DNA of 64,000 nt, taken from the NCBI RefSeq assembly GCF_006345805.1, contig NC_043000.1:2852001-2916000 (forward strand). The letters run 5' to 3'. The position numbers were made by a program, and so were the translations under genes. Origin of the DNA: Octopus sinensis (taxonomy: Eukaryota). The first letter of the stretch is position 1, and every line of letters begins with the position of its first letter. Positions 10,405 through 23,039 of the stretch are shown here, piece by piece. The notes beneath the pieces are model-generated. The model did no database searches. It saw nothing but the letters and a program-made list of their open reading frames with translations, and was not told where the DNA came from.

Positions 10405-10670
10405 AAAGGTACCGTCAATTTCATCGACATGTATTTAAATTTAGGTACCAGCGTCGTTCACGTATTTAGAAAGCCAAGACTAATGAGATGCTGCTTTACG
10501 TCAACACAGGTTCCAACCATCCGCATTCTATCATTAAGAATTTGGTCAAAAACAATAGTGTACGCTGGTTGGGTGGCGTTTCTGGCGAAGCTTCATTCAA
10601 TGGCTGCTCCTAATACTACAAGGTGGCACTAATGCTGATTGAATTCAAAGAGAACAATTATATAAATGCA
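10405..10670 (+). pseudogene. Penelope-like reverse transcriptase C-terminal fragment, frameshifted
   Basis: TVNFIDMYLNL...VFRKP / NEMLLYVNTGSNHPHSIIKNL...YYKVAL matches the PLE RT pattern VNFLD..RKP...YV...SNHP. Confidence 0.7.
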
Positions 10671-10844
10671 CTCCAAACTACTCCTTTAGAAACACCGCAA
10701 ATGCAAACACGGTCAAACCTATCGCTCAAGCATCTCTAGGATTTTTGTTCATTGTGTTAGAAGCAGAACGTAATATTAAGTAAGAGTTGTACACTGAACA
10801 TCGCATCACAATTAACTAATATTGGTCTCAGATTTTGACACAAG

Positions 10845-11232
10845 GCCGGCAAGTTCGAAGGAGGAACTAAATCGATTATATCGACCCCAGTTGCTCAACT
10901 GGTACTTATTTTATCAACCTCAAAAGGCTGAAAAGCAAAGACGACCCCGGCAGCATTTGAACTCAGAATGTAAAGCCAGAAGAAATGGCGCTAGGTATTT
11001 TGCCCGGCATGCTAACGATTCTTTCTGCTAAAGGCACAAGGCCTGACATTTTGGGGAAGGGGGTAAATCGATTATATCGACCCTAGTGCTTCACTGGTAC
11101 TTAATTTATCGATTCCGAAAGGATGAAAGACAAAGTCGACATCGCTGGAATTTGAACTCAGAACATAGCAACAGGTGAAATATCGTTAAGCATTTCGTCC
11201 AGCGTGCTAACGATTCTGCCAGCTCGCCGCCT
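10845..11232 (-). mobile_element. Two adjacent diverged SINE B copies (B2-type tail)
   Basis: Repeated ATCGACCCCAG...TGGTACTT...TTTGAACTCAGAA...GCTAACGATT motifs; head ends near 11232. Confidence 0.75.
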
Positions 11233-11540
11233 TGCAATTAACCAATATTAATGAGAGCAACGTATTATTCCCACTCCTTTCAACACCCACCTGACATGCA
11301 AAATACTCTCTAAAGAGTATTTATCTTATAAAATCTGTAGTATATTGCACCGATGTTCTCGTTGATAATAACCTCAAATTCAAAATTTAATGTGATGTCA
11401 AATGTTATGTTAATATCATTGCATGTATTTTGTGTACCTGCATGTGATTGTATCTATTTCTGATTGCTATTAGCTTAAGGTAACAGCTTGGCTTTTCAGC
11501 CGTCTTCTGGACACGAATGATAAAGAAACTAAACAAAAAA

Positions 11541-12110
<570 letters not shown>

Positions 12111-12385
12111 AAAAAACATAACATTTATTTTTTTTATCTAAAGCAGGTCTGATGGTCGCACGAAAAATTTTGGGGATGGCGATATCCCTCGAAGTTCAAA
12201 CAATGAATTTTAGCTGTACAAGATCTGTAATAACTCCTTCTACTAAAGGCAGAAAGCCTGAAATTTAATGGGGTGGGGTTAGTTAATTACATCGACCCCA
12301 GTACTCAAGTGGTACTTATTTTACAATAATGCCATCAGTTTTATCTCTGCCAAAACTGATACTTTCTTAAAAGGTCAGATATTTC

Positions 12386-12815
12386 ATCATCATCATCATC
12401 ATCGTTTAACGTCCGTTTTCCATGCTAGCATGGGTTGGACGGTTCAATTGGGGTCTGGGAAGCTAGGAGGCTGCGCCAGGCCCAGTCTGATCTGGCAGTG
12501 TTTCTACGGCTGGATGCCCTTCCTAACGCCAACCACTCCGTGAGTGTAGTGGGTGCTTTTTACGTGCCACCTGCACAGGTGCCAGACGAGGCTGGCAAAC
12601 GGCCACGATCGGATGGTGCTTTTTACGTGCCACCGGCACGGGGGCCAGACGAGGCTGGCAACGTCCACAATCGGATGGTGCATTTTACGTGCCACCGGCA
12701 CGGAGGCCAGTCGGCGCGGCGCTGGCAACGGCCACGTTCGGATGGTTCTCTTACGTGCCATCGGCACTGGTATCACAGCTACAATTTCCAATGATGTTGA
12801 TCGATTTCGATTTTG
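12386..12815 (-). mobile_element. SINE-like element with RTE-type 3' tail and internal ~63-bp tandem repeats
   Basis: Minus strand contains TTGGCGTTAGGAAGGGCATCCAGCCG and ends CCAACCCATGCTAGCATGGAAAACGGACGTTAAAC(GAT)n. Repeat units start at 12552, 12615, 12677 and 12744. Confidence 0.65.
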
Positions 12816-13008
12816 ATTTTGATTTATATCCTTAAAATCTGACTGAATCACTTTAGGGTTATTCTGAAAGTTTACCTAAGTCAGCTGGTTTTTGCAAATT
12901 CAATGACACTGGCTCTGACTGAAAAGGGTCGGAAGCTAATGAAACACATAGATGGTATGCAATTATCTGAGAAACGTGTGAAAGCATTAGAATATTTGCA
13001 ATCAGGTT

Positions 13009-13392
13009 GTGGAGGCGCAATGGCCCAGTGGTTAGGGCAGCGGACTCGCGGTCATAGGATCGCGGTTTCGATTCCCAGACCGGGCGTTGTGAGTGTTTAT
13101 TGAGCGAAAACACCTAAAGCTCCACGAGGCTCCGGCAGGGATGGTGGTGATCCCTGCTGTACTCTTTCACCACAACTTTCTCTCACTCTTACTTCCTGTT
13201 TCTGTTGTACCTGTATTTCAAGGGGCCGGCCTTGTCACTCTCTGTGTCACGCTGAATATCCCCGAGAACTACGTTAAGGGTACACGTGTCTGTGGAGTGC
13301 TCAGCCACTTGTACGTTAATTTCACGAGCAGGCTGTTCCGTTGATTCGGATCAACCGGAACCCTCGTCGTCGTAACCGACGGAGTGCTTCCA
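13009..13392 (+). mobile_element. SINE C1, full length
   Basis: tRNA-like head. 14-bp TSD ATTTGCAATCAGGT at 12994-13007 and 13395-13408. Confidence 0.93.
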
Positions 13393-13394
13393 TC

Positions 13395-14230
13395 ATTTGC
13401 AATCAGGTGATTCGAAGCTTAAAGCTTAATGCGTCCATTGAATTTATCCAACAGCTTGAAATAATTTCGAGATTTAAGGGGACTGAAAAAAAAAATGGAA
13501 GTAAGAACGAACTTGATGCAATACGATTGTGTCAGAGAGAAGCACTCCGTCGGTTACGACGATGAGGGTTCCGGTTGATCCGAATCAACGGAACAGCTTG
13601 CTCGTGAAATTAACGTGTAAGTGGCTGAGCACTCCACAGACACGTGTACCCTCAACGTAGTTCTCGAGGAGATTCAGCGTGACACACAAAATGTGACAAG
13701 GCTGGCCCTTTGAAATACAGGTACAAGAGAAACAGAAAGAAAGAGCGAGAGAAAGTTGTGGTGAAAGAGTACAGCAGGGATCACCACCATCCCCTGCCGG
13801 AGCTTCGTGGAGCTTTAGGTGTTTTCGCTCAATAAACACTCACAATGCCCGGTCTGGGAATCGAAACCGCGATCCTCTGACCGCGAGTCCGCTGCCCTAA
13901 CCACTGGGCCTTGCGCCTCCATCTTGAAACGATTATAAATCTGATTATGGACATCGCTTTTGTGAATATAAGCATGCACCATCTAATTGTCCTGCATTTG
14001 GTAAAATTTGCATGAAGTGTGGAAAAAAGAACCACGTTTAGATATTATGTAAATCTACAAAAACGTTTGAGGAAACCAAAAAGGAATTTGCTGAAATTGG
14101 CATAATGACCTCTACAATGAACAATGTGAATTTCAGTTATATTAAATTTAAGATGTAAATTAATACTGGCGATCAGGTTACTGCAATGTCTTAGAATTTC
14201 TGGATGCACTTGAATAAATCTAAATTAAGA
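13395..14230 (+). pseudogene. Degenerate Ty3/Gypsy gag-protease remnant, interrupted by a C SINE
   Basis: ~13960-14040 translates CEYKHAPSNCPAFGKICMKCGKKNH (zinc knuckle). ~14150-14190 gives a (D/N)TG-like protease motif, INTGDQVTAM. Confidence 0.55.
13539..13921 (-). mobile_element. SINE C1, full length, inverted relative to the 13009 copy
   Basis: Reverse complement of the C1 consensus seen in the window. Confidence 0.92.
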
Positions 14231-14682
14231 GAGTGTGATCGCAAACGAAAAGTTTGACGGATCATTAGAATATTTGACACATTAATGGAAATTGATAAGA
14301 TTACAGAGGCTGTGAAATTATTGTTAATTGTAAAAAATACATAAATAAAAAAAGGGACCGTGGTTTGTTTGGTGTAGATGTGAAGAATCTTTTATCTTTA
14401 ATCTCTTAATTGTTTCAGTCATCAGACTGCGGCCGTGCTGGGGCCTTGAAATTTTAGTCAAATGAATCAATCCCAGTAATTCTTTTTAAAGTCTGGTCCT
14501 TATTCTATCAGCCTTTTTTGCTGAACCGCTAAATTACGGGGACGTAAACATACCAACACCGGTTGTCAAGCATTCAACATAAATTCAAGAGACTGAAGTT
14601 CCCGGGGAACTCTAAGAAATTAAGAAACTGTTTAAGGTTAACATTTTCCTCGAAGGAAATATCAGGCCATGTTATATTCTTT

Positions 14683-14975
14683 TCTACTCTAGGCACAAGG
14701 CCCGAAATATTTGGGGGTGGGGCCATTCGATTAGATCGACCCAGTGCACAACTGGTACTTAATTTATCGACTCCAAAAGGATGAAAGGCAAAGCCGACCT
14801 CTGCGGAATTTGAACTCAGAACGTGAAGACAGACGAAATGCCCCTAAGCATTTCGCCCTGCGTGCTGACGTTTCTTATTTTTTTATTACCCACAAGGGGC
14901 TACACACAGAGGGGACAAACAAGGACAGACAAACGGATTAAATCGATTATATCGACCCCAGTGCGTAACTGGTGC
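14683..14975 (-). mobile_element. SINE B2 with a partial B1 copy joined in its head
   Basis: B2 tail (CTACTCTAGGCACAAGG) to head GCTGACGTTTC, then a B1 tail starting near 14876. Confidence 0.75.
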
Positions 14976-15124
14976 TTATATAATCGACTGTGGTGTTCCA
15001 TTTTCACCGGGTGTCCAATAGGGGATTTGAAATTACAAAGATAATGCTGGATTTAAAGCTATCCGTCCATAATTATGGACGGGAAAAGTTGTGCACGTTT
15101 TACCATTCCAATGCCTGAAAGATG

Positions 15125-15505
15125 TGGAAGCACTCCGTCAGTTACGACGATGAGGGTTCCGGTTGATCCGAATCAACGGAACAGCCTGCTCGTGAAATTA
15201 ACGTGTAAGTGGCTGAGCACTCCACAGACACGTGCACCCTTAACGTAGTTCTCGGGGATATTCAGGGTGACACAGAGAGTGACAAGGCCGGCCCTTTGAA
15301 ATACAGGTACAACAGAAACAGGAAGTAAGAGTGAGAGAAAGTTGTGGTGAAAGAGTACAGCAGGGATCACCACCATCCCCTGCCGGAACCTTGTGGAGCT
15401 TTAGGTGTTTTCGATCAATAAACACTCACAACGCCCGGTCTGGGAATTGAAACCGCGATCCTATGACCGCGTGTCCGCTGCCCTAACCACTAGGCCATTG
15501 CGCCT
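15125..15505 (-). mobile_element. SINE C1
   Basis: Colinear with other C1 copies. Confidence 0.92.
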
Positions 15506-15789
15506 GTAAGATATTCGATAATTAGATCCAGTTCATTTTTATATGGTCTATACTTAGTCTGTAAACTTTTATGTAGTCTACAAAGAAAAGCTGAGAGATG
15601 TTTCCGAATTCAGGGTGTCCAATTTTTATACGTAAGGTGAAGAAAGTAAGTACCATATGATGTTTTGTTGTGTGGTGCTTAGTTTTGCCTGGTATTATAC
15701 CATTTCACCCAATTCTCGGCATTGTTATTGTTATACCGCAATGAACAGACGACGACGACGACGACGACGTCAACGACGCAATCATTAGT

Positions 15790-15910
15790 GATGAAAAAGA
15801 AATGAAGAAACTGTCGAAATATAACGACCTTGAAATTGATATATTCAAGATGTGTGGCATAAGGGTGAAAAAATACCGCTAGGACCTGGAACATTAGACA
15901 TGATTAAAAA
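15790..15910 (+). pseudogene. R4/Dong-like restriction-like endonuclease remnant
   Basis: KEMKKLSKYNDLEIDIFKM resembles KLSKYKDLEIEIGKM of the 60854-61255 ORF. Confidence 0.55.
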
Positions 15911-15948
15911 TATATGGAAAGAAACACGGAATCTATACTAGGGATCAC

Positions 15949-16021
<73 letters not shown>

Positions 16022-16023
<2 letters not shown>

Positions 16024-16156
16024 TCAGCCGAAATTGCGAAGATGATCTGATTCTTGACTGATGATTGAGGGCTTCGAATGTCCCGTGCTGTGGTTCTTGT
16101 GTCGTCTCCTAGGTGTTTCACGTTCTTGTCCCAGTTTGTATATATTTTTTACTTTT

Positions 16157-16160
<4 letters not shown>
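16022..16160 (+). repeat. Short PLE-like repeat flanked by (TA)n; related copy at ~48890-49050 (-)
   Basis: Both copies share CAGCCGAAATTGC.AAGAT.ATCTG and abut (TA)n tracts. Confidence 0.5.
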
Positions 16161-16222
<62 letters not shown>

Positions 16223-18059
16223 CAGACAGACAGACAGATAGATAGATAGATAGATAGATATTTTAATTAGATGAAATCTCAATAATACTAAAACTCTGGA
16301 GATGTTTGTGTGTACCCAAAATATCTCAGAAATAGTATATTTTATCTAATTTTTTTTTGCATATTATTTTCATACTTACCTTCGGCAATGCAGTACAAAA
16401 TTTTGTGATATCGGGACATCTCTTTATTAATGAAAACGATTAAACACAATTTTTGTTTGTTATTTCTTGGTGAAAAAAAAAAAAATTAAATAAAAAGCAT
16501 GGCTTCCGTGATGTCAACACATTCACACTTACAGAATACACACACAAATAATGAATGTTATGGTGTGTCAATCAAATACAAACACATGTCCGCTATCTGT
16601 GACATATACACACACATAGTCTTCGCTTTCTCTAAGAAAAAAAAATGAGGTCGACTTTTTGATGTACACAATATTTTAATCATTTAGAAATATGTAAGTT
16701 GTTTGTACAGTAAGAATTTATAATTTAGCTTTCTTTAAACGGATAATATTTTAATGTTTTTTTAATTAATTTCAAGTGAATGACTATCTTTCACTTGTCA
16801 TCCGGAGTTTGTTAACTTCCGTAATTTTTTTTTATTTACCTTTGTTTTAAAGTGAAAGATGCATGTGTGTGTATATGAAATGGACGTGTGTGTGTGAAAG
16901 GGATGGGGGAGAGAGGAAGAGAGAGAAGGAAAGAGAGAGAGGGGGAGAGAGAGAGAAGGAAAGAGAGAGAGAGCGAGTGAAGGGGTGTGTTGTCATGTAT
17001 ACGTACATACATCAATACATATTGTTTTGTTTTATTGTTTTACTCGTTTCAGTCATTTGACTGTGGCCATGCCGGAGCACCACCTTAACTACATCTTTTT
17101 TGTATGTACGTGTGCATGTGTTTAGGGGGGAGAGTGAGTGAGCGTGTGTTCTCATGTATGTGTAAGTGGCACTCACTCGCTCTCTCTTTCTCTCTCTCTC
17201 ACACACACACGTCCATTTCATATACACACATACATCTTTCACTTTCTCCATTCTTTAGTTTTAAAACAAAAGTAAATAAATAAAAAAAATTTACGGAAAT
17301 TAACGAAAAAAACCCAGCTGAGTTGGATGACAGTTCTGAGAGTCAAAGCAAAAGATCGCCCTAAGGGAATACCATTTCAAAAATTTTTACGAGTGTATTC
17401 AATGTATCTCAGCTCCAAAGGTTTGGCTGCTGTTTCTAGCACGCCCTGCTACCACGCAACAGCTATTTGCAATAAAGAACCCGAAATACTTGTTACGTGG
17501 TAGTAGGTCGTGCAAGAAATAGTAGCCAAATCTTTCCTTTACTGGGGAAAGGAGCCGTTTACGTGTGTTTTCGATGTCACATTCGTTGGAAGCATGTGAA
17601 ATAACCTGGAAAAGAAAAAAAACCACAAAGCAAAACTCCGTTGCTGGGAAACTAAGCCTTTCTAGGTGACCCAACACGTTACAGGTAGTCTAGTAGTGTG
17701 TTATAGCACACATTATCACTATGATCTCAAAATCAGACATTCTATGTGGGTAATGTAATCTGAAATAAAATTTATCTGAGGATAACTGGATAATCTATGG
17801 CTAGAAAGCCTTTGGTCATAAAGCTACTCCATTGATTTGGTGAAGTCTGAATTTCACTGATGAGGTCATACAAGACTAAAGCATGTCAAGAGTTGCCTCC
17901 CATACTTACTGAACAAATTAAAATAATATTTAATCATTGGCTAATATTGATTTATCCTTTTATATTTATATTTACTTAACATTTCATTTTTAAAGCATTC
18001 TTCATGAGAAATGTTAATGCTAACTTCACTAAGTAAAGATAATATGTTAAGAATTATAA

Positions 18060-18447
18060 TGGAATGGAAGCACTCCGTCGGTTACGACGACGAGGGTTCC
18101 GGTTGATCCGATCAATGGAACAGCCTGCTCGTGAAATTAACGTGCAAGTGGCTGAGCACTCCACAGACACGTGTACCTTAACGTAGTTCTCGGGGATATT
18201 CAGCGTGACACAGAGAGTGACAAGGCCGGCCCTTTGAAATACAGGTACAACAGAAACAGGAAGTAAGAGTGAGAGAAAGCTGTGGTGAAAGAGTACAGCA
18301 GGGATCACCACCATCCCCTGCCGGACCCGCGTGGAGCTTTAGGTGTTTTCGCTCAATAAACACTCACAACGCCCGGTCTGGGAATCGAAACTGCGATCCT
18401 ATGACCGTGAGTCCGCTGCCCTAACCACTGGGCCATTGCGCCTCCAC
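18060..18447 (-). mobile_element. SINE C1, full length
   Basis: 12-bp TSD TGTTAAGAATTA at 18045-18056 and 18448-18459; short (TTCCA)n tail. Confidence 0.93.
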
Positions 18448-18689
18448 TGTTAAGAATTAATATGAACATGGAATCATATTGGTGTTTAATAAACGCATAG
18501 CTGCGGGGTGAATTTTTGGCTCTCTGGTTGAGCAACAGGGAATTTCGACTGCTCAAAATAAGGATCAAACTGATTAGTTTCATCATAGTTAAAACTCATC
18601 AGGATTAATTTTTCTAAAAAACCAAAAGATAGTAGTAGGAAGCAACATATTGAAGTGTAATGAAGAATGTGAATCGTAAAAGTCATTTA

Positions 18690-18950
18690 TATAATGGTGT
18701 CTTGCCTTTTCACTGTCTTTCCTACTGTAATGGCCTCTGCTCCTCATAGTTTGCTGGGATCATACCACTTCTACTCAAGTATTCCCAACCATTTTATTTC
18801 TCCTCCTCTCACCACCTTTGTTGTGTCCAGTCCTCACCTATACAGGCCCCACAGTAATCTATACACATGGTCCTTCTTTCCCAGAATGCTGACCCTTGTA
18901 GCTCATGTCTTTCCTGCAGATGTTGCCCTAGATTGGTTCAAAAGGTACAT
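18690..18950 (+). pseudogene. Degenerate LINE ORF2 C-terminus (CR1/L2/Jockey-like)
   Basis: YTWSFFPRM...VFPADVALDWFK resembles the SFFPR...VFP...FK end motif of these clades. Confidence 0.4.
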
Positions 18951-18953
18951 TGA

Positions 18954-19173
18954 CCCTTTAGCATTTAAACTGGTCATATCTGGCCCAAATACCCCACATG
19001 TTTTATGTTCATACTGATCAGATCCATCCCCTCACACCTACCCTCCAATGTCATTCTAAAAATACACAATTACATCATTGGACTATTGAAGCTACAAGAT
19101 AATGCATAATTAATTCAAAACATTGTGAATAAATAAGCATCGCATTTGTCAGAGAAATCTGAATGCTAAAGGG
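18954..19173. mobile_element. piggyBac-type MITE
   Basis: Perfect 12-bp TIR CCCTTTAGCATT / AATGCTAAAGGG, flanked by TTGA and TTAA. A related copy lies at 54534-54755. Confidence 0.75.
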
Positions 19174-19518
19174 TTAACAGTATCTGTCTTATCAGTCTTG
19201 AAGGGCCTGCAAAGGCTATGGACACTGGCCCTTCCTCAAGACCCAGAAAATAAAAACAAAATATGGTACAAGAATTACTTATTTTACATAACGGTATAGA
19301 TATGTGAACATGACTAATGTGAAGATACGAGACTCACTTGACACTGTTTACGCATACTCTCTTTGATGCCAACTCTGTAAGACAGAGAAAGATGAAAAAT
19401 ATTAAGTATCTCATGAAATGGTGAGATAAAACAATAATTGTTGTTTTGGAGTAATTTTAGTAAATTTGCTGAGTTAACCAAAAACACAGTAATAGTCAAT
19501 AGAAAAGGAAAAAATTTA

Positions 19519-19927
19519 GGTGCAGGGGTGGCTGTGTGGTAAGTAGCTTGTTTACCAACCACATGGTTCCGGGTTCAGTCCCACTGCGTGGCACCTTGGG
19601 CAAGTGTCTTCTACTATAACCTCGGACCAACCAAAGCCTTGTGAGTGGATTTGGTAGACGGAAACTGAAAGAAGCCTGTCGTATATATGTATATATATAT
19701 ATATATATATGCATGTTTGTGTGTTTGTGTTTGTCCCCCTAGCATTGCTTGACACCTGATGCTGGTGTGTTTATGTCCCTGTTACTTAGCGGTTCGACAA
19801 AAGAGACCGATTGAATAAGTACTGGGCTTACAAAAGAATAAGTCCCGGGGTCGAGTTGCTCGATTAAAAGCGGTGCTCCAGCATGGCCGCAGTCAAATGA
19901 CTGAAACAAGTAAAAGAATAAAAGAGT
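19519..19927 (+). mobile_element. SINE A, full length
   Basis: Colinear with family A. Confidence 0.92.
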
Positions 19928-20793
19928 ATATGGTTGCTTGATTTGCTAGAAATAGCAATCACATCTCCCTCAAATCAAACCCTGTCATCTTAAACAAGAC
20001 AGATTATATTGTGTAATATAAGTCTTAAACATACTGTGTCTGAAGAAGAAAAAGACAGATGGTCATGGTTGGAATACCTTAAATCATAAGTCTATTCAAT
20101 CAGAGCAGACCCGGGGTTGAACAACAATAAGTAATGAATAAAAAAACTTCAGAGTAAACTGCATGTTATTGTGTACCCCGTATACTGAGATATGAATTCT
20201 TCAGTATTTAGGGCCTCAGGACATAACAAATTGCACACAGAAAACACCCAGACATGGAATGTATGACACCACCACCCATGGACAAAAACTTCCATATTTG
20301 ACTACCATTCTAGACAAGATCACATCAGCTTCCTATCACATGCTCTCCCATATTTTTTGGGGGGAAATTTCCCTATTACATAGTGTAAATCAAGGTTTGA
20401 AACCAGGGATTATTGGAAAAGGTGGAAATAATGCTACGTTATGGTCATGCCTTTCCAAAGAGCATTAGAAACTTTAGTAAAGTGGAATGGGTTTTAAACT
20501 CTACTTACCAAGATGAAAAAAAAAGGCATCGGAAGGGAGATACATACCCTGCGCACAGATAAATTTTTTTGCTAATTATTGTGTGGTTTACAATGCGTTG
20601 CTTACCCATGCTTTTTAATTGAGCTGAATTTTGTTTTCAGGTATCACCATTATAAGTATTTAAACACCAGTGAAATTAAGAAATCAAGTTGTAAATAAAT
20701 GAAACCCTCGAATCCATCAATGTACACGCACACACATACACACACACACACACACACACAGAATTGCATATGTATGTACTTTTGAGTGCTACT

Positions 20794-21325
20794 GGTAACA
20801 TGTAACCCAGTACAACCTGTTGCATGGTCGGGTCATCGGCGACTAAACCGGCAACCCCAACAAGCTTGCTTGGTGAGGAGGGTGTTTATTGGACACCCTG
20901 CTGGATGAAAAACAAAACCTGTCAATGGGCGGAGGAACTCTTGAGAGTCAACGGTCATCCAATAAATGTTTTAAGGGTGTATCATGCGCGGGGACATAGA
21001 AATAATCAGACTGAATACCCGATCACGCGGTTAAACCATTGGGAGTGAAGGACTCCTAGCCTTTGTTAGGGCATCCTTCTAGGAGAAGGTAACTCAGGTA
21101 ACTGGGATAACTCCGAGATAAAACCTGCGGCTCAGTGGTTACCGATGATGTTGACTTGTTCTTCTTTTTGGATTATGGCTGCTGTTGCTTAGTGAGTGGG
21201 ATTGACTCAGTGCACAGCCTTTCCTCTCTTTAAAAAAAATCTTCTTGCACAGGCATTGCACGATAACAACATTGATTAAGCTTCGTGCAATGGCCATACT
21301 CGATAACGAGGGGGCAGTCACCATG
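20794..21325 (+). mobile_element. RTE-like 5' UTR fragment inserted in an (ATGT)n tract
   Basis: TAGGAGAAGGTAACTC...AAACCTGCGG resembles RTE 5' UTR motifs (from memory); it interrupts a duplicated flanking unit. Confidence 0.4.
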
Positions 21326-22149
21326 TATGTATGTATGTATGTATGTACCCACAGTGTTTATATGCATAGGTACATCATGGTCTATACATACACAGACGTG
21401 TATCGATTCATATGAATAAGAAAGTGAACAAAATAATATGACCGCTTGCTTATCAGGAAATTTGTACGATCTAAAAAAATTTTCAATTTTTTTTAAAGTA
21501 TCACCGTTATAGGTATTTATACTCCGGTGAAATTAAGAAATCAGGTCGTAAATAAACGAAACCCTCGAATCCATCACTGTATATACACACACACTAAGTC
21601 GCATATATATATGTATGTATGTACCCACACGTTTGGGTGCATAGGTACACCATTATCTATGCACACGCAAACGAGGGTTGATTCATATGAAAAAGTAAGT
21701 GAACAAAATAGTATGACCACTTGCTTATTGGGAAATTTGTAAGTTCAATTTTTTTTCAAAGATAATCAAACCAAATGTTCATCATTTCGAGCCACTCACC
21801 CAATGAGTATTTCTGCCAAATGTGCTGAAAATCCGTTCAGCCATTTTCCAGTAATATTTTCAAACACAGACAAACAGATGGAGAATAGCGATTACAATAC
21901 CCTGCTTGCACTTACATGCATAGTGTAAAAGTAGAGCCTAAATAGAAACTACAATTTGTTTTGACAGCGATGTAGTATCCATTTGTCAAGTAACATCCAA
22001 TCAGTTTGACAAAAAAGTAGTGCCAATATGATGGTGATGTACGATCTAGTATTAAATAAAACCCAAGAGCAATCCACCCACACTCCACTGAGGCTTTGTT
22101 ACTCAGTGGAGTTACTCAGGCACACGGACTGAAATTTTCAACACCATTG

Positions 22150-22280
22150 TTTATTTCTCCGATCCTGAGAGGATGAAAGACAAAGCCGACCACGGCGGAT
22201 GTTTAACTTAGAACGTGGAGGCGGACGAAATGCCCCTAAGTATTTTGTCCAGCGCGCTAATGATTCTGCCAGCTCGCCAC
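22150..22280 (-). mobile_element. Diverged SINE B 5' part next to a (TGA)n tract
   Basis: GGATGAAAGACAAAGCCGAC...CTGCCAGCTCGCCACC. Confidence 0.7.
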
Positions 22281-23039
22281 CATGATGATGATGATGACGA
22301 TGATGATGATGAGAATAAAAAGAAGAAAGAAGATAAAAATGAAGAAAATAAAGGAGGAGGAGGAGAAGTGTTGAGGAAGGGAGGGAAGAATAGAGAATAT
22401 TTGGGTGTTCAATATGAAAGAATGCTGGTTGACTGCCCCGAAAAATTTCCAATAAAACTCATCAAAAAAGAGAAAAGTAAAAGGAAAAAAAAAGAAAGAA
22501 AAAACTGAATAAAAAATTAAAAATACAAAGAAAACGTTGAAGGATAATTGTGTAATTAATACTTGTAGAACAATATTGATCATTACCTCATATAATTAAT
22601 GAATTACGAACGCTCACAGTGGCCGACAATCTGATACTATGTCTAAACAAACTATTGAGTCACAGTTCATATCAACACCAAGCTGATTCAGTTTCTCCAC
22701 CGAACATACCAAATAATAGAAATAAAAACCACATTCGGCCCAGGTTGAATAGCAATGAAATATGTATTTGAATCTAATGAGGGAAGAAATACGGAAAATA
22801 GAGTGGGCGACACTCGGCACGGCCAAAACGAAATAAACCGACGCATTGAGAAAGTTATGACAGTTAAAGTAAAAGCTAGGCTTCGTGTTCTGGGTTCGCA
22901 AATAGAACAGAAAATATACAAATGAACACAAGATGAACATGTTTCTATTGTTTATATGTTACAGCGATACTCTACACGAGGTACTTCTTAAAATATTTGT
23001 TTAACTAGCACTCCTTTCTTTTAAACCAACACTTTTTCA

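Noticed and set aside
12552-12768. CRISPR-like array
   Set aside because: Units are contiguous tandem repeats with no unique spacers, in eukaryotic DNA with no cas genes.
13009-13085. tRNA genes at SINE heads (families A, B, C)
   Set aside because: A/B-box-like motifs are present, but each continues into a SINE body, often with TSDs; no complete cloverleaf.
16052-16088. CUGAUGA...GAAUGUC hammerhead-like motif
   Set aside because: GAAA and helix III are incomplete; not foldable as written.
17851-17892. CUGAUGA-GGUC/GACU hairpin followed by AAAGCAUGUC
   Set aside because: G12 is missing and neither helix I nor helix III pairs.
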